From: Pseudomonadota bacterium
Lineage (GTDB): Bacteria; Pseudomonadota; Alphaproteobacteria; Caulobacterales; Parvularculaceae
Direction of reading: 5' to 3'
Assembly (NCBI GenBank): GCA_039197915.1
Contig: JBCCTV010000001.1
Span: 5,140 to 69,139 of the forward strand
Length of the DNA: 64,000 nucleotides
The notes below the pieces were generated by a model, which worked only from the letters and a program-made list of their open reading frames with translations, was not told the DNA's origin and searched no databases. Shown here one piece after another: positions 33,637-41,378 of this stretch; positions within the stretch are counted from its first letter, which is position 1; every line of letters starts with the position of its first letter. Made by a program: the position numbers and the translations under genes.

Positions 33637-36123
33637 ATGAATATCGCAACACTGAATAAAACAGACGAACGAGGCGCCAAACGGATCCCGTCCCTTTCGG
33701 CCTCGGCGGTTAAAACGGCGGCGGCGCAAGCTATTGAGAAAATTGCGCCGCTTTGGCCCCTAAAGACGTTTGTTGCGGTCAACCCAATGCTTGGGTTTGC
33801 GGGCGAAGACTTCTCTGACGCCGCACAAGCGATCGCGCTCGCCCATGGCGGCCGGACGCTCGCAACCCGGTCATTTTACAAGGACGCCTTCGCCAGCGGG
33901 CGCATTGACGCCGACGCCATTGCCGAGGCCCTAAAAACACTTGGAGGGTCCTACGCCCGCACACATACGGTAGACACGATCATTGCAGCCCTCGACGAAA
34001 CGCCAAAAAAGCGCGTTAAGCCGGCGCCGACCGTCGCTGACATCGCGAGCGAGACGTCAGACACAGACTGGAATGCGGTGATTACGGATAAAGTATCCGC
34101 ATGGGCTGGTTCCTATTTTGACGAAGGCCAAGCCGCCTGGCGCTCGCCCTGGCGGGACTTGCCGCCCTATCAAGCCTGGCGCGAAGAAGCGATGCGGGAC
34201 GCGAGTTTTAAGCATATTGGATTGAGCGACCTGCGCGCAGCGATCGCGGCCTTGCCGGAAACCGCCGTTGAAATGCTCCAGGCGGCGGCGACACGGCACG
34301 CGTTTGATGAAAAAAGTCTGTCTGCATATTTTCTGCGTCTGCTGGCGACGGTCAGCGGCTGGGCCGGGCACGCCCGCTTTAAGGGCTGGATTGCTGGCTT
34401 AAATGGCGCACAAGACGAGACGGCGATAGACATGCTTGCGATCCGAGCGGCCTATGACCTTGCAATCCTCGATGCAACGCCATCGGCCACGCTTTCGCCT
34501 GCTTGGGCGACGGCGACAAAGCGCTTCTCCGACGAAGCGGGGCTGACGCCGACGAAAGACTTCACCATCGATTATATTCTGCATACGGCCTATGAAATAT
34601 CGGGCCGGAGGCCACTCTTGGACGCGTTGACTGCAGAAAATAAGGGCCAGACACAAGAAACCCGCGCGTCGTCTCAATTGGTCTTTTGCATTGACGTTCG
34701 CTCAGAGCGCCTTCGCCGCTCCATTGAGGCGGCAGAGCCTAGTGTTGAGACCATGGGATTCGCCGGGTTTTTTGGCTTCGCGATCGAAGTCGCGCCGCTG
34801 GGCTCAAAGGAAGGCGGCGCCCAGTGTCCCGTGCTTTTAGCGCCGTCGCACACGGTTGCAGAACATGTTTGCGGCGCAAGCCACGAAGAGAATGAAACGG
34901 CGATAAAAACACTGACTGCCGGAAAACGGTTTCAACGGGCTTGGAAGGCTTTTAAGTCGTCGTCCGTTTCGTCTTTCGCCTTTGTGGAAGCGATGGGCTT
35001 CGGCTTTGCCGGCAAGCTCGCGCGCGCCTCGATCGGCGCGACTGAAAACCATACGGCGCCGCGGACCGCGCCCTCGATCGAGCCAGCAACGCTCGGCGAG
35101 CGCGCCATTGGGTTCGACGCTGAGACCCGGTTGGCGCTCGCCACTGGCGCCTTAAAATCTATGTCGCTGACGGATAATTTTGCGCGCCTCGTTGTAATGG
35201 TCGGACACGGCTCGACCACTGAAAATAATCCCTATGCGGCGGGCCTTGATTGCGGCGCCTGCGGCGGACACACCGGTGAAGCAAACGCCCGGGTCGCCGC
35301 GGCGATCTTAAATGACCCGGCGGTGCGTGACGGGCTCAAAGACGCCGGGATCTCCATTCCCGAAGACACACACTTCCTCGCCGGGCTTCATGACACCACA
35401 ACCGACGACGTGACCCTTTTTGAAACGGACCGCGCCCCGGAGAGCCACGCCGATGACATAACGGCGCTCCAGAAAACCCTAGCGACCGCCGGCGAGACCA
35501 CCCGGACCGAGAGGGCGCCGTTTCTGGCAATTCCGTCGGGCGACAACATCCATTCAAATATTGATGCGCGCGCCCGCGACTGGTCGCAGGTGCGCCCTGA
35601 ATGGGGCCTCGCCGGGTGCTCAGCCTTTATTGTGGGTCCTAGGGCGCGCTCCATGGGTCACGACTTTGGCGGCCGGGCCTTCCTCCATTCCTACGACTGG
35701 AAAGCCGACGATAGCTTTGCAACGCTTGAGCTCATCATGACAGCGCCAATGGTGGTCGCTAGCTGGATCAACCTCCAATATTACGCCTCGACGGTCGACA
35801 ACCGCGTCTTCGGGAGCGGCGACAAGACTTTACACAATGTGGTCGGGGCGCTCGGCGTCCTCGAGGGCAACGCCGGCGACCTGCGGGTTGGGCTGCCGCT
35901 GCAATCAGTGCATGACGGGGCGCAATTCATGCATGAGCCAATGCGGTTGAACGCCTTTATTGATGCGCCAATCGAGGCCATGAATGAGGTGATCGCCAAA
36001 CACGCCGGGGTCAAAGACCTATTGGACAACGGCTGGGTACATTTATATGCGTTAACTGAAACGGGCGCACCGCGGCGGTATCTGGGCGGTCTCGAATGGG
36101 AGACCGCTGCAGCAGCAGCTTAA
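33637..36123 (+). CDS. dabA: DabA: DUF2309-family, beta-carbonic-anhydrase-like subunit of a DAB inorganic-carbon transporter
   Basis: 828 aa. Family hallmarks are FCIDVRSE (Cys351 and Asp353 in this ORF, nt 34687-34695) and MVGHGS...LDCGACGG (His524 at nt 35206, Cys539 at nt 35251). This gives a complete predicted Zn site. Paired with the NdhF-like gene upstream. Confidence 0.85.
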   Translation: MNIATLNKTDERGAKRIPSLSASAVKTAAAQAIEKIAPLWPLKTFVAVNPMLGFAGEDFSDAAQAIALAHGGRTLATRSFYKDAFASGRIDADAIAEALKTLGGSYARTHTVDTIIAALDETPKKRVKPAPTVADIASETSDTDWNAVITDKVSAWAGSYFDEGQAAWRSPWRDLPPYQAWREEAMRDASFKHIGLSDLRAAIAALPETAVEMLQAAATRHAFDEKSLSAYFLRLLATVSGWAGHARFKGWIAGLNGAQDETAIDMLAIRAAYDLAILDATPSATLSPAWATATKRFSDEAGLTPTKDFTIDYILHTAYEISGRRPLLDALTAENKGQTQETRASSQLVFCIDVRSERLRRSIEAAEPSVETMGFAGFFGFAIEVAPLGSKEGGAQCPVLLAPSHTVAEHVCGASHEENETAIKTLTAGKRFQRAWKAFKSSSVSSFAFVEAMGFGFAGKLARASIGATENHTAPRTAPSIEPATLGERAIGFDAETRLALATGALKSMSLTDNFARLVVMVGHGSTTENNPYAAGLDCGACGGHTGEANARVAAAILNDPAVRDGLKDAGISIPEDTHFLAGLHDTTTDDVTLFETDRAPESHADDITALQKTLATAGETTRTERAPFLAIPSGDNIHSNIDARARDWSQVRPEWGLAGCSAFIVGPRARSMGHDFGGRAFLHSYDWKADDSFATLELIMTAPMVVASWINLQYYASTVDNRVFGSGDKTLHNVVGALGVLEGNAGDLRVGLPLQSVHDGAQFMHEPMRLNAFIDAPIEAMNEVIAKHAGVKDLLDNGWVHLYALTETGAPRRYLGGLEWETAAAAA

Positions 36124-36161
36124 GTTTGGCGGCGCGTCGCAACGACAAAAGGACCTTCGCC

Positions 36162-37055
36162 ATGCGTCTACCGCCACACCTTGACCGCTTGGAAAGCGAA
36201 GCGATCCACATTTTGCGAGACGGCGTCGCTGAGGCTGAGCGGCCCGTCATCCTGTTTTCTGCCGGCAAGGATTCAACGGTCCTTGCGCATCTCGCCATCC
36301 GCGCCTTTTACCCATCCCCACCGCCGGCCCCGCTCCTGCACGTCGATTCCACCTGGGAGTTTAAGGACCTGATGGCGTTCCGGGACGACTTTGCAAAAAA
36401 ATGGAATTTCGAGTTGCTCGTGCGGTCAAACGAGAAAGGCCGCGCAGAGGGCGTGAACCCGTTTGACCACGGCTCCTATTACACGACGACCATGCGAACA
36501 GAAGCGCTCAAAAACTCCCTAGACGAGGGCAAATTTGACGTGATCTTCGGCGGCGCCCGCCGGGACGAAGAAGCCTCGCGCGCCAAGGAGCGGATTGTTT
36601 CCGTGCGTGACAAATCCCACGGCTGGGAACCGCGCCGGCAACGCCCCGAGTTATGGAACAATTATAATTGGCGCCGGTCGCCGGGGGAAACGCTGCGGGT
36701 CTACCCGATCTCCAATTGGACCGAGTCGGACCTTTGGGATTACATCCTGATCCGGAATATCGAGCTCGCGCCCCTTTACTACGCGGCGCCCCGGCCCGTT
36801 GTTGAGCGGGACGGCGTTTTGATCGTTGTCGATGATGAAAAGACCATGCGCTTTGAGCCCGGTGAAGAGCCAAAGATGGAAACAGTCCGCTTCCGGACCT
36901 TAGGCTGCTGGCCCGTTACCGGAGCGATTAAATCAGACGCCGCTGACAATGCAGGGATCGTTCGGGAAAACCGCGCGGCCAATATTTCTGAGCGCCAAGG
37001 CCGCGTAAGCGACGAAGGCAGCCTCGAAGCACAAAAACGCGCCGGCTATTTTTAG
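36162..37055 (+). CDS. cysD: Sulfate adenylyltransferase subunit 2 (CysD, PAPS-reductase/ATP-PPase fold)
   Basis: The ORF is open from 36096 and would overlap the dabA end. ATG 36162 gives MRLPPHLDRLESEAIHILRDGVAEAERPVILFSAGKDSTVLAHLA (SxGKDS PP-loop), and the protein ends ...QKRAGYF like CysD proteins. No cysN follows. Confidence 0.8.
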   Translation: MRLPPHLDRLESEAIHILRDGVAEAERPVILFSAGKDSTVLAHLAIRAFYPSPPPAPLLHVDSTWEFKDLMAFRDDFAKKWNFELLVRSNEKGRAEGVNPFDHGSYYTTTMRTEALKNSLDEGKFDVIFGGARRDEEASRAKERIVSVRDKSHGWEPRRQRPELWNNYNWRRSPGETLRVYPISNWTESDLWDYILIRNIELAPLYYAAPRPVVERDGVLIVVDDEKTMRFEPGEEPKMETVRFRTLGCWPVTGAIKSDAADNAGIVRENRAANISERQGRVSDEGSLEAQKRAGYF

Positions 37056-37171
37056 GCGGAAGGCGTCGAGACTTTATTTCTTGCTATCCGCGCACTAATG
37101 AACGGCACAGCTTAAAGCCGTGCTCTTCGCTGGAAAGCGTTTAACGGGATCAAATCCCGTATCATCAGTAT

Positions 37172-38335
37172 TTAAGCGAGACCGCCGTCGATCAAGGCGA
37201 AGTTACGCGCTGATCGCTTGAGCGCTTCTGGCGTGGTGTAGGAGAACCGCGGCGCCTGCCGTGGCTTTTCACCCAGTCGCTCAATGACCGCGTCAGCGAA
37301 CGCGGTGGGCTCAAGCGCCGTCGCATAAGGGTTTAAGTGGGCGAGGTCTTCCGTGTGCACCCCGCTTTCAAAGGCTGAAAGCAAAGCGTCGCAGGCTTTC
37401 TCAGCAGCCGAGGTAAAACCAGCAGCCGCTGCAAGCCGAGCGCCCGCCAGGATCGACGGCGCAACACCACAAGCCTGGTGGTCAGCGTCTGCTCGCCAAC
37501 CAGGCGCCGCCGTGGCGACACAATAGGGCCCACGCGCCTTGGCGCCCGCAGGGTTCTCGGTGATCGATAGCGTGCGTGCGCCCGATAATTCTCGCGCGAC
37601 GTCGGCCACCGTTTCCGCAAACGGCCGCGGCGCGAAAATCACGCTGACGCTCGCCCCGCTCACGAGCCGGGACAAACCGGCATGCACCGGCGCGATTTCT
37701 ATTGTAACGTCTAGGGCGTCGTTGATCTCCCGCCCGGCCATTGCGGAAAGCCCCGCGCGCGAGGCTAGATCATGGGTTTCGGTCAGGATCAAAAGCGGCT
37801 CGCCGGAGCGCTCACGCGTCAGCGCCTGGGCGCGCATCAACGCTGCGTAGGCGCTCGCCTGGCCCGGGGCCGATGGCGAAACCACGGCGACGTCCAGTTT
37901 TTTCAGACCCGCCCGCAGAAACGGGTGATAGGCGCGCACGAAGTCGACGCGCGCATCCGCAGCAGCCCCAGTGGCAGCCGCACCAGTGGCAGGAGCGCCA
38001 TGGACTTCGTCGCGAGCTTGGGCGTAGCGGTGGGGACCTGAGCCTAACGAACGATCGGTGAGGTATAATGCGTGACGCCCCGCATCCTTTAAGCGAGGCG
38101 CGTCAGACATGATAGTCAGCTTCGCGCCCGCGGCCTCTAAGATATTTAAGCCCAAGCGCGCCTCTGCCCCGAGGTGGGCCCGCGCGGCGGCGATTTCGAT
38201 GGTGAGCCCGGCGTTCGCTTCAACGATTTCCAGCGTCGTTGGCGCTTCCGGCGGCTTTTGGTGGATCGTCATGGGCGCGTCCCGCATTATGCAACAATGC
38301 TTTGTACGGGTGCCGACGACGCAACAAAAATTCAT
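37172..38335 (-). CDS. Hypothetical protein, possibly a distant and degenerate isocitrate/isopropylmalate dehydrogenase-like fold
   Basis: 387-aa ORF. The start is uncertain, with internal Met at 38287 or 38272. The only weak resemblance is in the C-terminal third (..GVAPSILAGARLAAAAGFTSAAEKACDALLSAFESGVHTEDL..), which is similar to the IDH/IPMDH C-terminus. It contains an ATGAA-ATGAA mini-repeat. Coding is supported by length and GC3 bias only. Confidence 0.3.
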   Translation of the reverse strand: MNFCCVVGTRTKHCCIMRDAPMTIHQKPPEAPTTLEIVEANAGLTIEIAAARAHLGAEARLGLNILEAAGAKLTIMSDAPRLKDAGRHALYLTDRSLGSGPHRYAQARDEVHGAPATGAAATGAAADARVDFVRAYHPFLRAGLKKLDVAVVSPSAPGQASAYAALMRAQALTRERSGEPLLILTETHDLASRAGLSAMAGREINDALDVTIEIAPVHAGLSRLVSGASVSVIFAPRPFAETVADVARELSGARTLSITENPAGAKARGPYCVATAAPGWRADADHQACGVAPSILAGARLAAAAGFTSAAEKACDALLSAFESGVHTEDLAHLNPYATALEPTAFADAVIERLGEKPRQAPRFSYTTPEALKRSARNFALIDGGLA

Positions 38336-38362
38336 TTTCGCGAAAGTTACGATCGAAAAAAA

Positions 38363-40300
38363 CTATTGATCCAAAACCGCCTCGGTCAGTTTTTTTGGCG
38401 AGCCAAATTGGATCTCAGCAAACCGCGCATAAAGGCCGCCCCTTGCCATCAGCGTTTCATGGTCGCCTTGATCAACGATACGGCCGTTTTCGAGGACGAG
38501 AATGCGGTCTGCATTCAAAACCGTCGATAATCGATGCGCGATCACGAGCGTCGTGCGGTCTTCAGAGATCTTCTGAAACGCCGCCTGGACGGCCCGCTCG
38601 CTCTCAGAATCAAGGGCGCTTGTGGCCTCATCGAGGAGCAAAATAGGCGCATCGCGCAGGATCGCCCGGGCAATCGAAAGCCGCTGGCGCTGGCCGCCGG
38701 ACAGTTGGTTTGAGCCTTCGCCGAGCGGCGTTTCATACCTCTCGGGCAAACGGTCAATAAATTGGGCGTCGTCGGCCGCCTCGGCTGCCGCGCGAACATC
38801 AGCGTCGCTCGCCTCGGGCCGCCCATATCGAATGTTGTCGGTCACGTCGCCTGAAAACAGCGGCGCATTTTGTTGGACGACGGCAAAGGCGCTGCGCAGG
38901 TCCAGGGGATCGAGCGACTTGATGTCGAGGCCGTCAATTGTGATGCGCCCGGCGGTCGGATCATAAAACCGTAAGAGCAGCTGGAAAATCGTGCTTTTTC
39001 CGGCCCCGGACGGTCCGACGAGCGCCACCGTCTCGCCTGGATTGACGTTGAAAGAAACGCCGTCAAGCGCCTGTTCGTTCGCGCGCTGGGGATAGGCGAA
39101 GCGAACATCATTAAAGGCGAGACGTCCTTCAAATGGCGCCGGCGCGATGGCCGGCGTCGCCGGGGCCGCGATCTCCGGTTCTAGGTCCAGAATTTCAACG
39201 AGCCGCTCGGTCGCGCCGGCGGCGCGCATGATTTCAGCATAGACTTCCGACAGGAGGCCAACGCCGCTCACCACGGTGAAAGCGTACAAGACAAATTGCG
39301 CCATAGCGCCAGGGGTTGTCGCCCCGCTTTGCACTTGCACCGCGCCGAACCATAACATCCCAATGAGACCGCAGGCAGACCCAGCCGTTAGGACGCCCAA
39401 CATCACCGTACGGACTAATATCCGTTTCATTGAAACCTGGAACGTCGCCTCAAGCGCATCATCGAAACGCGCGATTTCAGCCTTTTCTTGGGTAAACGCT
39501 TGGACCGTTTGAATGGCGCTGACGCCTTCGCTTGCGCGCATTGAGGCGCGCGCCAGGGTGTCTTGGCTCGCGCGCGATAGGCGCTGTATGCGATTGCCCA
39601 GTCTGAGTGCCGGAAAAATCAACAAAGGCGCCGCGGCCAGGACAATCGCAGCCAGGCGCCAATTAACGATGACCATCAAAATGAGCGCGCCAATGGTTGT
39701 CACGGACGTGCGCAGGGCGACCGAGATCGACGAGCCCACAAGGGTTTGGATAAGCGTCGTATCCGTTGTGAGGCGGGAGAGAATTTCACCGGTGCGCAGG
39801 TCGGCGTAGGCCCGGGGGTTTAACGCCATCAGGCGCGCATAGACGGCGGAGCGCAAGTCAGCGACGACGCGCTCGCCCAGTCGTGAAATAAAATAAAACC
39901 GCGCCGCCATCGCCGCGCCGAGCGCGAGGGCGACGCCCATGCCAGCAAGAAAATAAATGCTTAGCCCCCTGCCCCCCGGACCGCTGTCGCCAATACCTCC
40001 GCATACCGACGTCAGGCCGTCGCCAACGCCCTCAATTGAAACGCCGTAGCCGCAGTCCAGAAGAAACCGGAAGGCAGCCGGCAGGGCGAGGGTTAAAACC
40101 GACGCAAGCAACAAGAAAAAACAAAACGCCGCCAACTGCGCCGGATAGGCGCGCACAAACGGCCAAAGCCTGCGCAACGGACGCACCGTGCGGCCTTTGC
40201 CCCGCTTGCCCGTTTCATTGCGAATACGCTCGGAGAGAGCAGCGCCTGGGCTTCGGGCGACATCGTCTGCGCCTCTCACCGGCGGCGTTGCTGTTGTCAT
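38363..40300 (-). CDS. ABCB-type half-transporter (fused TMD-NBD exporter, MsbA/Atm1-like)
   Basis: The ORF is open to 40363, but ATG 40300 (MTTATPPVRG..) is likelier. It has a six-helix TMD. NBD motifs are Walker A GPSGAGKST, signature LSGGQRQRLSIARA and Walker B ILLLDEATSALD. Confidence 0.85.
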   Translation of the reverse strand: MTTATPPVRGADDVARSPGAALSERIRNETGKRGKGRTVRPLRRLWPFVRAYPAQLAAFCFFLLLASVLTLALPAAFRFLLDCGYGVSIEGVGDGLTSVCGGIGDSGPGGRGLSIYFLAGMGVALALGAAMAARFYFISRLGERVVADLRSAVYARLMALNPRAYADLRTGEILSRLTTDTTLIQTLVGSSISVALRTSVTTIGALILMVIVNWRLAAIVLAAAPLLIFPALRLGNRIQRLSRASQDTLARASMRASEGVSAIQTVQAFTQEKAEIARFDDALEATFQVSMKRILVRTVMLGVLTAGSACGLIGMLWFGAVQVQSGATTPGAMAQFVLYAFTVVSGVGLLSEVYAEIMRAAGATERLVEILDLEPEIAAPATPAIAPAPFEGRLAFNDVRFAYPQRANEQALDGVSFNVNPGETVALVGPSGAGKSTIFQLLLRFYDPTAGRITIDGLDIKSLDPLDLRSAFAVVQQNAPLFSGDVTDNIRYGRPEASDADVRAAAEAADDAQFIDRLPERYETPLGEGSNQLSGGQRQRLSIARAILRDAPILLLDEATSALDSESERAVQAAFQKISEDRTTLVIAHRLSTVLNADRILVLENGRIVDQGDHETLMARGGLYARFAEIQFGSPKKLTEAVLDQ

Positions 40301-40580
40301 GTGTTTTCCACGCGTCGCGCCAATGAAAACAAAAACGACGCGCCTTTTTCTCCCGCAGCGCAAAGGTTATTCCGGGCCCTGCTGTTACGCTTAGAGTAGG
40401 CGCGGTCAGGTGAGAAACAAGGTTTCGACCATGATTAGTCCGGCGCTTTTCGAACTTTGTTCCGCAAATGGCGGCGCTATTCTCGGACGAGCCATCTGAA
40501 GATGCGCTTGAGAAGCGCCTGCGACGGCAGGGCGCGCGTCCCCAACGAGGTCAGAGCCCCGTTGAAATGCGTAACAGGCC

Positions 40581-41378
40581 TTGTACATGACGAACGAAAC
40601 GCAAAATGCGACGCAATCGGCGGGGGATATCCTGACCACCATTAAATCACCACCAGACTGGACCAGCGCGTCACGGGATCGGGCGACCGAGAGCGTTGGC
40701 GTTAGTGGAAGCGGGACCAAAGAGGCCTTGGTCGTTCGAGATTTATGCAAGCGCTACGAGACTGATGGCGGCGCTTTGAACGTTTTGGATCGCGCGTCCC
40801 TCACGCTTGCTCCCGGCGACGCCGTGGCGCTCACCGGCGAATCCGGAAGCGGCAAGAGCACACTCCTGCATTTGATCGCGGGGCTCGACGCCCATGACGC
40901 TGGCGACATCATCATCGCCGGGCGCGCCCTTGAAGGGCTGAACGACGAAGAGCGCGCCCGCATGCGCCGCGAGGAGATTGGTGTTGTCTTCCAACAGTTC
41001 AACTTGATCCCAAGTTTGCCAGTCTTCGACAATATTGCGTTTCAAGCGCGGATCGCCGATCGCTTTGACGCGGCCTGGACGAACACCCTTGTCGATCGCC
41101 TAGGGCTCGGCGCGCTAACCCGTCGGTATCCGGAGCAACTCTCCGGCGGCCAACAACAGCGCGTCGCCGTGGCGCGCGCACTCGCTGGTAAGCCAACACT
41201 CATCCTAGCCGATGAGCCAACGGGCAATCTTGACGAAGAAACAAGCGATAGCGTGCTCGCGCTGACGCTTGATCTCGTCGCCGATAGCGGCGCGGCCCTT
41301 TTGATGGTGACCCATTCGGAACGACTTGCAGGGCGCCTGCGCCGGCGGTTGCACCTATCGGGCGGGAAACTACAGTGA
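40581..41378 (+). CDS. ABC transporter ATP-binding protein (LolD/MacB-NBD/AttE-like)
   Basis: Walker A GESGSGKSTLL, signature LSGGQQQRVAVARA and Walker B LILADEPTGNLD. The conserved domain begins near residue 50, so the true start may lie downstream of 40581. The stop overlaps the permease start (GTGA). Confidence 0.8.
   Translation: MYMTNETQNATQSAGDILTTIKSPPDWTSASRDRATESVGVSGSGTKEALVVRDLCKRYETDGGALNVLDRASLTLAPGDAVALTGESGSGKSTLLHLIAGLDAHDAGDIIIAGRALEGLNDEERARMRREEIGVVFQQFNLIPSLPVFDNIAFQARIADRFDAAWTNTLVDRLGLGALTRRYPEQLSGGQQQRVAVARALAGKPTLILADEPTGNLDEETSDSVLALTLDLVADSGAALLMVTHSERLAGRLRRRLHLSGGKLQ

Noticed and set aside
40406-40750. 114-aa minus-strand ORF between the two ABC systems
   Set aside because: It overlaps the 5' part of the plus-strand ATPase ORF and the divergent promoter region. 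No motifs were seen.
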